A stretch of DNA of 64,000 bases from an uncultured Spirochaetaceae bacterium (GCA_964563815.1 CAZLYD010000001.1:15757-79756), one strand, 5' to 3'; shown: positions 1 through 7,575, counted from the first letter of the stretch. The notes: generated by a model not told the origin, from the letters alone. Numbers and translations are program-made.

Positions 1-590
1 ACCATATAAGAAGAACATGCCATACCAAGGAAAGAGAAAAGCATTGGTTGAATACCTATAAAATATCCAGAGGAACAGACAACTAAGGCATTACAGCAAA
101 AAGAGACAGAGCCAACTGCTATTGGAGTATAATGGGCAACAGCTTGAGCAACAATATCTGTTCCACCTGTATTACAGCCTGCCTTCATTGTTATTCCAAT
201 ACCAGATCCCAGTAGTACTCCTCCAAAAATTGCTGATAAAAGTATATTCACACCATCGCTTACATCTAGTATCCCACTGTACCCTGTAATGTTACCTAAA
301 ACAGAAATCCACAAAGACAACAAAGATGAACCTAAAAGTGTCTTAATACCATACTTAAAGCCAAAGACACACATACCAACAATGATTAATGGTATGTTTA
401 TCAAAAGGCTTGTTAAACCTAAATCGAATCCAAATAGATTGTAGAGAATGTTAGCAATACCAGATGCCCCACCACTTGTTATTTTGGCTGGAGTATAAAA
501 AATTGTAATTCCGAAGGCTGCGATAAAAGGACCTAAAAGTAAATAAATAACATCTCTATTATTATGCGGGAGGTATTTAGATTTATTCAT
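1..590 (-). CDS. YitT-family (DUF161/UPF0750-like) integral membrane protein, C-terminus cut by window edge
   Basis: Not in the ORF track because there is no stop in the window. My translation of the minus strand from ATG 590-588 stays open to nt 1: MNKSKYLPHNNRDVIYLLLGPFIAAFGITIFYTPAKITSGGASGIANILYN...KAGCNTGGTDIVAQAVAHY. It is hydrophobic, and the GGASG and TGGTD motifs are typical of YitT proteins. Confidence 0.7.
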   Translation of the reverse strand, partial: MNKSKYLPHNNRDVIYLLLGPFIAAFGITIFYTPAKITSGGASGIANILYNLFGFDLGLTSLLINIPLIIVGMCVFGFKYGIKTLLGSSLLSLWISVLGNITGYSGILDVSDGVNILLSAIFGGVLLGSGIGITMKAGCNTGGTDIVAQAVAHYTPIAVGSVSFCCNALVVCSSGYFIGIQPMLFSFLGMACSSYM

Positions 591-714
591 ATTTAGCATG
601 ATACATGGATTTTACTATATTTAATAGCAGAAATAAAAAATAAGTAAAACTATCTTATGCATTGTTTTCTGCATCCAAAAAATAGATAAAATCTGTGAAC
701 TCAGAAACTCTCTT

Positions 715-1875
715 TTAGGCCTCATCACTAGTATGTGTATAGTGATTATTTATCTCTTTGCTTCTATGACCCAAAACAAGCATTCTATCCTCTTGCGAGA
801 GGCTAAAATCTCTACCTAGAGTAGAGAAGGTATGACGAAGAGAATGATAAGTTATGTTTCGTTTCCTTCTTATATCTTCCGTTATTCCAATTAGTGACAA
901 TAGATAATAAAAGCTATTGCGAATTGTTGGTGAAGATATATACTCTTTGCAGCTGCAGGAAGAAGGAAAAATTATTCCTTCTTCATTAGCATTATTAATT
1001 AAAGCCTTAGCTAAAGAATCACAGATCAAAATTGACCGCCCATATTTTCCTTTAGTTTCCTTTAGCCCACTTATATATCCAATAGAGTGAATGATATTAA
1101 TCCGGAAGAAACCTTTAACACTACACGTCTCTATATTCTCCTTTCTTAGTGCCCTAACTTCAGCTATTCTCATACCAGTCACTAGAGAAAGTAGAATAGC
1201 AAGATATTGTGTTTTACCAATACTCTCTTTATGTATTTCAAGAGCTCTTCTTAGCTTAATAACTTCATCTAGTGTAAGTATTCCTCTCTCTTTTGCCTTA
1301 TCTTTTGCAACGAGTAGCTTAGTAGAAGGATTACTGCTTATTAGTCCAATTCTATATGCCTCCTTGAGTGGTATCGAAAAAGAATAGATGATTATAGCTA
1401 TTGTTGTATTCTCCTTCTTTGTTTTATATAGTTCTTTTGCAATTCTATCTAATACAGTTATCGTAACACAGCTAAGCCTTAATCCCTCCGGAATAAGTGG
1501 TTTTACATTCTTCTGAAAGTTCTTTCTCATGTTATAAGCATATTCACGTCCAATAGAATTCTTCTTTAGCCTATTACGTAAAGATATATACTCTGAGTTA
1601 TCATAATCCCAAAATTCTTCACAATAAGAAGAAAACAACATATCTTTCTTTTTAGAAAAAACAATTCCATCCTCTATTGCTTTATTAGCAATAATAGCCG
1701 CTTCCTCTCGTCTTGTAACACTTTTAAAATCAAGAAGACCGAGTCTCTCCTTTAAGCAATCTATACTCTTAGCAGTCATTTGCTTACCTGTCTCTCTATC
1801 TAAAAAACAAACATACCAATAATCACCCATTTTCATGTGTCTTTTATACAAATAGAAATCTCTTCGATGTGCCAT
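715..1875 (-). CDS. tyrosine site-specific recombinase (phage-integrase family), copy 1, stand-alone
   Basis: 386-aa ORF. Catalytic signature: TGMRIAE (Arg), HSLRHTF (His-x-x-Arg), LGHRS, and Tyr in NHYTH. AAGGAG Shine-Dalgarno lies 6 nt upstream of the ATG. The N-terminal ~55 aa are nearly identical to the ORF at 7576-8781. Confidence 0.9.
   Translation of the reverse strand: MAHRRDFYLYKRHMKMGDYWYVCFLDRETGKQMTAKSIDCLKERLGLLDFKSVTRREEAAIIANKAIEDGIVFSKKKDMLFSSYCEEFWDYDNSEYISLRNRLKKNSIGREYAYNMRKNFQKNVKPLIPEGLRLSCVTITVLDRIAKELYKTKKENTTIAIIIYSFSIPLKEAYRIGLISSNPSTKLLVAKDKAKERGILTLDEVIKLRRALEIHKESIGKTQYLAILLSLVTGMRIAEVRALRKENIETCSVKGFFRINIIHSIGYISGLKETKGKYGRSILICDSLAKALINNANEEGIIFPSSCSCKEYISSPTIRNSFYYLLSLIGITEDIRRKRNITYHSLRHTFSTLGRDFSLSQEDRMLVLGHRSKEINNHYTHTSDEA
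1757..1821. repeat. 65-nt perfect direct repeat, copy A (inside the 5' coding part of recombinase 1)
   Basis: Hand alignment: caatctatactcttagcagtcatttgcttacctgtctctctatctaaaaaacaaacataccaata is identical at 8663-8727. The flanks drop to about 80-90% identity. Confidence 0.9.
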
Positions 1876-1909
1876 TTTTTCTCCTTATTTTTCTGCATTC
1901 TTATATTCA

Positions 1910-1943
1910 CTATGAGTAGAATATCTGAACAAAAGACTCATAG
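1910..1943. promoter_or_regulatory. inverted repeat CTATGAGT-N18-ACTCATAG in the recombinase-1 / paralog-A divergent spacer
   Basis: 8-bp perfect arms read directly from the sequence. A TTTTTCTGCA motif lies 13 nt upstream (1888-1897) and recurs at 8816-8825. Function unknown. Confidence 0.3.
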
Positions 1944-1976
1944 AATACGTTAGATGCGGAATTGAGAAAAATATAA

Positions 1977-2049
1977 CAATTGAGGAAATAATGAAAAAAA
2001 TTCTTTCTATCGTATTAATTGCAGCTCTTGCTCTTACATCAGCTTTCGC
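1977..2049 (+). repeat. conserved 5' block (RBS plus signal-peptide coding) of surface-protein paralog A
   Basis: caattgaggaaataATGaaaaaaattctttc...cttacatcagctttcgc. By hand count it is about 90% identical (7 mismatches in 73) to the reverse complement of 4722-4794, and about 82% identical to 8872-8944. Confidence 0.8.
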
Positions 2050-3349
2050 TGGTATCGAAGGTTCTGCAGTAGTTGGTCTCGGATATAACTTCGAGGACAA
2101 ATCATTTGGATTCAATAATTCAACAACAACCAAGGTTACTTACGAGCTTACGTCAGAAGAAGTAGAGATGGCTGGTGAAGGTTCTGTATTTGCAGGAATT
2201 AAAGGATCTTTTACTCTTTCAACAAAAGATTATACTGCTAATGAAGCTGGTGCTCCAACTTGGTCAATTACTCCAGCAGTTGATGAAGCATATATCAAAG
2301 GGGAAGATTGGACAGTAAGCATTCTTGGAGCAGATGACGGTCAAGATTTTGCAACATCTGCACTAGATAAAGTATCTCTAGATGGAGCTTTAATTGCAAC
2401 AACAGTTGCTGTTGATGCTGTAGCTGCACCCGGCGTCAAGGTTACTTATAAAGATTGGACAGTATCTGGGGGATTTGCCACTGGAGCAATAACAACACCA
2501 ACACCAGCAACATATGCATATCGCTACTATGTTGAAGGTGAAAGTGATTTAAAGTATTATGAAGGAACTGAAGCTGGATTTGCTACTTTAGTTGATGAAA
2601 AGGATTATGCTATTGTAAGTAAGTTTGAAGTAGAAGAAGCAACTTCTGTTAAAGAAAACTATCTTGATTATAGCTTCACATTAGCAACTCCAGAACTTGT
2701 TTTCGGAGATGCAAAGGTTGCTCTTGGTGTAGCAGTTGCAGACACTAATACAGAAACAGCTAAAAAGAGTGGTGCTAACCTTGGCGTATCTGCAAAGGCA
2801 TCTTATGAAAACGAACAGCTCAGCGCATCTGTTGCAAGTGATGTTGTTTTTGCTAATGTAGGTACTGAATTAAAGGTTGATGCTGACGTTGCAGCTAAAT
2901 TCTCTTATGCTCCAGTAACTGATGATGCTTATTATGCAACAGAAGCAAAGACACAGAATGTTCTTGAACCAAATAAGTCTAAATCAAACGCAACTGTAAA
3001 GAACCTTCTTTCTGCAAAGGTAGCATTTGATCTTTCATCATTTGAGCTTCCAGTAAAGGTTGCTGTAAGTTGCAGAGATATTCTCGGTGCAAAGGTTTTA
3101 GGAGCTACTGCTTCTACAACTCTTGATGCTCTTACACTTAGTGCTAATGCTGATTATGCTGTTGTCGCTAAATCTTATATTGTTGGTGCATCCGCTGAAT
3201 ATAAGTTTGAGGCATTCACTCTTAAGGCTGGTTTAACATACAGATCTGAAAAGGTTCTTTATGCTAATGCTTCTATCGAGTCAAGTATCTTGTTCCTGGT
3301 GCAACACTTTCTCTTGCATATGGTCCTAACACTAAAGATGGCAAAGTAA
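1991..3349 (+). CDS. surface / putative outer-membrane beta-barrel protein, paralog A (3' end frameshifted, see 3268-3411)
   Basis: 452-aa ORF. Signal peptide MKKILSIVLIAALALTSAFAG, GAGGA RBS, and Ala/Val/Thr/Asp-rich alternating pattern. The N-terminus GLGYNFEDKSFGFNN is shared with the ORFs at 3554-4780 and 8886-10655. The last ~20 aa (ILFLVQHFLLHMVLTLKMAK) look like out-of-frame translation. Confidence 0.75.
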   Translation: MKKILSIVLIAALALTSAFAGIEGSAVVGLGYNFEDKSFGFNNSTTTKVTYELTSEEVEMAGEGSVFAGIKGSFTLSTKDYTANEAGAPTWSITPAVDEAYIKGEDWTVSILGADDGQDFATSALDKVSLDGALIATTVAVDAVAAPGVKVTYKDWTVSGGFATGAITTPTPATYAYRYYVEGESDLKYYEGTEAGFATLVDEKDYAIVSKFEVEEATSVKENYLDYSFTLATPELVFGDAKVALGVAVADTNTETAKKSGANLGVSAKASYENEQLSASVASDVVFANVGTELKVDADVAAKFSYAPVTDDAYYATEAKTQNVLEPNKSKSNATVKNLLSAKVAFDLSSFELPVKVAVSCRDILGAKVLGATASTTLDALTLSANADYAVVAKSYIVGASAEYKFEAFTLKAGLTYRSEKVLYANASIESSILFLVQHFLLHMVLTLKMAK

Positions 3350-3411
3350 CAACTAACCTACTTAATGGAAAGTATGGCTCTGTTAATGCTAAGGCTACAA
3401 TTAAATTCTAA
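3268..3411 (+). pseudogene. out-of-frame 3' continuation of paralog A encoding the family's conserved C-terminus
   Basis: The frame ending at TAA 3409-3411 reads ...LVPGATLSLAYGPNTKDGKVTTNLLNGKYGSVNAKATIKF*. This matches the ATLSL...aromatic C-termini of the other two paralogs. That frame is open only from 3268, so a 1-nt shift must lie near 3281-3294. Confidence 0.7.
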
Positions 3412-3431
3412 TTATTAAGAATTATAGCAGA

Positions 3432-3466
3432 AAGGCATCACCGAATGGTGGTGCCTTCTTATTTAT
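3432..3466 (+). terminator. Rho-independent terminator candidate downstream of paralog A
   Basis: aaggcatcacc-gaat-ggtggtgcctt gives an 11-bp stem (one G-U pair) followed by cttatttatt. Confidence 0.6.
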
Positions 3467-3494
3467 TCACTCAAAAAAAAACGAGTTAACGCTT

Positions 3495-3530
3495 AAAATA
3501 AAAAATGCCCCGAATAAATCGAGGCATTTT
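3495..3530 (-). terminator. Rho-independent terminator downstream of paralog B
   Basis: Minus strand reads aaaatgcctcg-atttatt-cggggcatttt followed by ttatttt. The stem is 11 bp with one G-U pair. Confidence 0.65.
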
Positions 3531-3553
3531 TAAAGCTTTTCAATAATAATCTA

Positions 3554-4780
3554 TTATTTGAAAGAAACCTTAGCAGCTGCTGTGATAGCACCATTCTTCT
3601 TTGCAGAACCAGCGAATTCAGCGCCTGTCCAGCCGAGAGAAAGAGTTGCATTGTCAACAAGCTTATCAGAAGAAACTGTGAGAGATGGCTTGATTGATGT
3701 GAATTCGAAGCTATCAGCAAAAGAAGCCTTGAGAGCAACCTTAGCTTCTGCCTTGAAGAGGTCAGCTGTGTATGTAACTGTTGTTGTTGAAGCAGCAGCC
3801 TTATCAAATACTGAGTAAGAAGCTGTTTCCTTAACCTTGAGAGCGTCAACTGCAACTTCAGCTGTAGCACCAACATCGAGAGATCTAGCATCAGCAAGAA
3901 CGTTTCTTGTTTCAACAAATGCAGAAACCTCAACATCTTCGATTGTCTTTGAAGCATAAAGAAGAGCATCGAGGTTGTTTGTTGTGAAACCATCTTCTGT
4001 ATAGAAGTAAACGTTAGCAGAAACGAAATCGTAAGCAGCGTTGAGAGCAGCTTCAAGAGCAACAACGTCAGCAACGTTTAAGTCAGCAGCAACATCAGCT
4101 GAGAAGAGGTCTTTAGCATAAGAAGCCTTGCCGTTAACAGCAAACTTAGCGCCATCCTGGTTAGCGATAACAGCAGCACCAGCAGCAACCTTTACGCCTT
4201 CAGCAACTTCTGTTTCACTGAGAGCAACATGAGCAAGAAGAGCGAATGTCTTTGCTTCTGCATTACCCATAAGACCGAAACCGCCATTAGCAACATCTGC
4301 CTTAACTGTGAAACCAGGAACACCCTTGAGACCTGTAACAACATCAGAATCTGGATCGCCATCTTCGTCATCATCATAGTAAGAAGCAGCGTAGTTAGCA
4401 CTTGTACCAGCACTGAGAAGACCGAATGTTACCATATCTTTGTAAACGATGTCAGCCTTAGTAATCTTAAGCTTAGAAACCTTAAGGTCAGCTACATCAA
4501 CTGCGCCTGGAGCTGAGAACTTCTTAGCAGCGATTTCTGCCTTGAATTCAGCAGCGATAACAGCCTTTAAGTCGCCTTCGCCTTCGCTACCAGCCTTAGC
4601 TGAATCTAATTCGAAACCCCATTTAGCTTCAACTTTTGAACCGTTTGTGAAGCCATAATCTGTTGAGTCGAGATCATAACCTAAAGAAAGAGTTGCATCT
4701 CCCTTAAATCCTGATACAGCTGCGAATGCAGATGTAAGAACAAGAGCTGCAATTAATGCGATTGAAAGAATCTTTTTCAT
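3554..4780 (-). CDS. surface / putative outer-membrane beta-barrel protein, paralog B (likely the expressed major copy)
   Basis: The ORF track starts at 4816. I prefer ATG 4780 (MKKILSIALIAALVLTSAFAA...), which is preceded by GGAGGAAATA. 408 aa. C-terminus ...NATLSLGWTGAEFAGSAKKNGAITAAAKVSFK. A consensus promoter lies upstream and a terminator downstream. Confidence 0.85.
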   Translation of the reverse strand: MKKILSIALIAALVLTSAFAAVSGFKGDATLSLGYDLDSTDYGFTNGSKVEAKWGFELDSAKAGSEGEGDLKAVIAAEFKAEIAAKKFSAPGAVDVADLKVSKLKITKADIVYKDMVTFGLLSAGTSANYAASYYDDDEDGDPDSDVVTGLKGVPGFTVKADVANGGFGLMGNAEAKTFALLAHVALSETEVAEGVKVAAGAAVIANQDGAKFAVNGKASYAKDLFSADVAADLNVADVVALEAALNAAYDFVSANVYFYTEDGFTTNNLDALLYASKTIEDVEVSAFVETRNVLADARSLDVGATAEVAVDALKVKETASYSVFDKAAASTTTVTYTADLFKAEAKVALKASFADSFEFTSIKPSLTVSSDKLVDNATLSLGWTGAEFAGSAKKNGAITAAAKVSFK

Positions 4781-4794
4781 TATTTCCTCCATTG
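4722..4794 (-). repeat. conserved 5' block of paralog B, inverted relative to the block at 1977-2049
   Basis: Reverse complement reads caatggaggaaataATGaaaaagattctttcaatcgcattaattgcagctcttgttcttacatctgcattcgc. Confidence 0.8.
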
Positions 4795-4853
4795 AAAATT
4801 CGGGGACACGCCTCAAGACATGCCTTTCCCTTTATTCCGTTATACATTTTTGA

Positions 4854-4882
4854 ATTGTACCTAACGATACATTACCTGTCAA
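4854..4882 (-). promoter_or_regulatory. sigma70-type promoter for paralog B
   Basis: Minus strand reads TTGACA-ggtaatgtatcgttagg(17 nt)-TACAAT. This implies a 5' UTR of about 65 nt before ATG 4780. Confidence 0.6.
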
Positions 4883-5033
4883 GATAAATAAAAATGTCAT
4901 ATTAAAGGTTACACTTTTTAATAGAAATTTTTTGTTTTCATATATTTATTATATATATTTCTGCCTTATTTCCCAATTTAATGCTTTTTTGATTATGTAT
5001 ATATATGCATTTTTATTGTATTTTTACTAATTA

Positions 5034-5810
5034 TTATTCATCTTTATAAGGAACATTAGGTGGGATTTCAAACCTTTTTTCCCTTTTCTTCCTCTTTATT
5101 GACTCTTCTTTTATTACTCTTAATTTAATATTTCTTCGTTCAACAAGAATTCTTTCGCTTCTGTCTTTTTCAATATAAAGGACAAGAAAGACAAGTAAGA
5201 ATAAAAATGATGGATTTATTATTTTTCCATTCTCCTTTTCTGCTAGGTAAGAAAAGAAAGAAGAGAAAAGAATAAAAATATAAGAAAACCAATTCTTTTT
5301 TGTTCCAAAAAGAAGAAAGGAAATAATAGCAAGAGCTAAAAAAAGAAAAGAGAAATAGAAAAATCTTTCGTAACTATCAATATTGATTGTTTCTCTATAT
5401 AGATAAACATATGAATTAAGGTATCTTTTTATAGCCATTAAGAAGAGTGTTAGCACTACTAGAGCATAAAAGAGTCTTCCTTTTCTCTTTTGGACAATAA
5501 GCGGAAGAAAAAGTAGAAGGAAGAGTGAATTTGATAATGCACAAACACCTATTTCTCTTATTGGTGCTTTATCTACAAAAAGGGATGAAAGTATGAAATA
5601 TATAAAAGAAAGAAAAATAGAAAATAAAGCTAATATAAAAAATGTTCTATCTTTATTTTTTAAATAAGCGGAAGAAAAAGCTAACAAAACTATTTCAAAA
5701 GCTGCAAAAAGAAAGATAATGGGCTCAAAAGAGAGAAAAAGAAAAAAGAGAGCACCCACTAATAATATAAGAAAAGAGAAAATAGTTACCACTATATTAT
5801 TTTTCTCCAT
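5034..5810 (-). CDS. polytopic membrane protein of unknown function with a Lys/Arg-rich C-terminal tail
   Basis: 258-aa ORF with multiple hydrophobic segments (Phe/Leu/Ile-rich). It overlaps the recX stop by 14 nt. I recognise no motif. Confidence 0.6.
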   Translation of the reverse strand: MEKNNIVVTIFSFLILLVGALFFLFLSFEPIIFLFAAFEIVLLAFSSAYLKNKDRTFFILALFSIFLSFIYFILSSLFVDKAPIREIGVCALSNSLFLLLFLPLIVQKRKGRLFYALVVLTLFLMAIKRYLNSYVYLYRETINIDSYERFFYFSFLFLALAIISFLLFGTKKNWFSYIFILFSSFFSYLAEKENGKIINPSFLFLLVFLVLYIEKDRSERILVERRNIKLRVIKEESIKRKKREKRFEIPPNVPYKDE

Positions 5811-6240
5811 CGCTAAACCTCTCTATCGCCTCTCTTATTTCATAAGAAGAGAAGCCCTTACTTCTCATTTTTATTGTTGCTTTCTCTTCTCCACTTTCTT
5901 CTTTAATGCTATTCCACTTTTTAAATAATGGCTCCAGATATTCTTCATTTTCCCAATACTCTTTTATTATTGGCTCTGCCACTTCTCTCTTGACACCCTT
6001 TTCACTAAGACGAGAAAGAAGTATCGTCCTTCCTTCTACATTCTTTCTTAAGCGAGAAGAAACAAAGGATCTAACAAATCTTTCTTCACTGAGGTAGTTT
6101 TCCTCCTCTAATAAGGAAAGTGCATTCTCTATTTCATTCTTATTAAAACCACGCTCTACAAGCTTTGCTTCTAGCTCTTTATAGCTATGCTCTCTGAGTG
6201 TAAGTAATTTTAATGCTTTGTCGTAAGCGGATTTTTTCAT
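5797..6240 (-). CDS. recX: RecX-family regulatory protein
   Basis: 147 aa. The sequence AYDKALKLLTLREHSYKELEAKLVERGF..EIENALSLLEEENYLSEERF follows the repeated helical pattern typical of RecX. Confidence 0.75.
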   Translation of the reverse strand: MKKSAYDKALKLLTLREHSYKELEAKLVERGFNKNEIENALSLLEEENYLSEERFVRSFVSSRLRKNVEGRTILLSRLSEKGVKREVAEPIIKEYWENEEYLEPLFKKWNSIKEESGEEKATIKMRSKGFSSYEIREAIERFSDGEK

Positions 6241-6261
6241 ATCTAGAATAATAACATAGTG

Positions 6262-6291
6262 AAAAAAGAAAAGACCAGTAAAACTGGTCTT
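6262..6291 (-). terminator. Rho-independent terminator after rpsI
   Basis: Minus strand reads aagaccagt-ttt-actggtctt followed by ttcttttttc. Confidence 0.7.
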
Positions 6292-6310
6292 CTCTTTGAA
6301 AATATAATGC

Positions 6311-6721
6311 TTAACGCTTTGAGAACTGGAATCTTCTTCTTGCTCCGCGCTGACCGTACTTTTTTCTTTCGACCATTCTTGGGTCTCTTGTCATAAGTCC
6401 AGCTGTATGGAGAGCAGGCTTGAGAAGCTCATCATAATCAACAAGAGCTCTTGCAACACCATGTCTTACAGCTTCAGCCTGGCCATGGATACCACCACCA
6501 CAAACGTTAACAACAAGATTGAACTTGCCACTTGTTTCTGTAACATTAAATGGTTCATAAACCTTAGCCTGATCTGTTTCACTTACGAAATACTCATCAA
6601 TTTTCTTTCCGTTAATAACAACGTCACCATTGCCTTCTCTAAGGTAAACTCTAGCAATAGCGGTCTTTCTTCTGCCAACTCCGTGTCCGAGGTCAACAAC
6701 TTTGTTTTCATTCTTAGCCAT
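6311..6721 (-). CDS. rpsI: 30S ribosomal protein S9
   Basis: 136 aa, with GGGIHGQAEAVRHGVARAL and C-terminal RDPRMVERKKYGQRGARRRFQFSKR. Confidence 0.97.
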   Translation of the reverse strand: MAKNENKVVDLGHGVGRRKTAIARVYLREGNGDVVINGKKIDEYFVSETDQAKVYEPFNVTETSGKFNLVVNVCGGGIHGQAEAVRHGVARALVDYDELLKPALHTAGLMTRDPRMVERKKYGQRGARRRFQFSKR

Positions 6722-6736
6722 TCTGCGTTACCTCTC

Positions 6737-7165
6737 TTAAAGCTCAACTTTTTCTGGCTTCTGAGCCATATGTGGGTGCTCAGCACCAGCATAAACATGT
6801 AAATTGACGAAAAGTCTCTTTCCTAGCTTGCCGGAAGGAAGCATACCCTTAACTGCATGTTCCATTGGATAAGTAGGCTTTCTGACAATCATCTTACCAT
6901 AGTTCTCAGCTTTAAGTCCGCCTGGGAACATAGAGTGACGATAATACATCTTGTCTTCAACTTTATTGCCGGTGACATTAGCCTTGGCTGCGTTAATGAT
7001 AATGACATAGTCCCCCATATCCTGGTGAGGAACATACTCTGGTTTATTCTTACCACGGAGAATTCTTGCTGCAACAACTGCAACTCTTCCGAGGTTTTTA
7101 CCTTCAGCATCGATTAAGTACCATTTTTTCTCCATCGTTGCTGGTTTAACAAAAATAGTCTTCAT
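6737..7165 (-). CDS. rplM: 50S ribosomal protein L13
   Basis: 142 aa, starting MKTIFVKPATMEKKWYLIDAEGKNLGRVA..RGKNKPEY and lying immediately upstream of rpsI. Confidence 0.97.
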   Translation of the reverse strand: MKTIFVKPATMEKKWYLIDAEGKNLGRVAVVAARILRGKNKPEYVPHQDMGDYVIIINAAKANVTGNKVEDKMYYRHSMFPGGLKAENYGKMIVRKPTYPMEHAVKGMLPSGKLGKRLFVNLHVYAGAEHPHMAQKPEKVEL

Positions 7166-7190
7166 AACTACATCCTGTTTTTTTCTTACC

Positions 7191-7240
7191 TAGAAAACAC
7201 CGTTTTCTACCTTTAAGGCACCTAGACCGGCTATGGTCTA
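7191..7240 (-). promoter_or_regulatory. two stem-loops in the rplM 5' leader (candidate r-protein autoregulatory leader)
   Basis: The stems are tagaaaac-acc-gttttcta (7191-7209) and tagacc-ggctat-ggtcta (7223-7240). Both lie within 75 nt upstream of the rplM ATG. Confidence 0.3.
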
Positions 7241-7575
7241 CCAGAAAGTACATTCTCTTTGCTTCTCTATTAAGATGGTCGCTCTATCTTAATAACAAAG
7301 AAAAATATATTTCATTCATGCTTCAAGTTCACCGATTCAAAAGAAAAGCAATTTTGACGCCCTCTGGGAAAGGAAATAGCGGAAAAGCTCCAGCATCAAG
7401 CTATCTTCTCTTTTAAATATCTTAAAGCAAGGTAAGAAAAAAAGAGAAAGAGAAGATTGTGGATTCTCTTCTTTCACATTTATTTCCTACTCGGCTGGTG
7501 GGTTCACATGCTTACACATGCTCTGTTATCATACTCGCTTTTATCTTTTCTTGTCCATACCTAGAGAAAGAAAAA

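Noticed and set aside
1091-1387. Plus-strand ORFs antisense to the recombinases (1091-1387, 8156-8533, 7459-7686)
   Set aside because: They lie fully inside, or converge into, strongly supported recombinase CDSs, and they carry no motifs.
1757-1821. The 65-nt repeat as an IS or MITE terminal repeat
   Set aside because: Both copies are in-frame coding sequence of homologous genes at the same codon positions. This is paralog identity or gene conversion, not a mobile-element end.
1885-2133. 82-aa minus-strand ORF spanning the spacer and the paralog A signal-peptide region
   Set aside because: It is antisense to a well-supported start region, has no RBS and has no counterpart upstream of recombinase 2. 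The composition looks like antisense translation.
3493-4658. Several 69-193-aa ORFs inside paralog B (3493-4074, 3558-3818, 4192-4413, 4229-4516, 4449-4658)
   Set aside because: They are alternative-frame or antisense readings of an Ala/Leu/Lys-codon-rich gene. Their products are low-complexity and Leu/Gln-rich, with no RBS.
4781-4816. Upstream ATG at 4816 as the start of paralog B
   Set aside because: It would add MRRVPEFSMEEI in front of a canonical signal peptide and would read through the GGAGG RBS. The paralogs all start at MKK.
7166-7575. A tRNA or tmRNA attachment site downstream of recombinase 2
   Set aside because: Neither strand shows a GGTTCRAWYCC-type T-arm or a plausible cloverleaf. 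A covariance-model scan would be needed for certainty.
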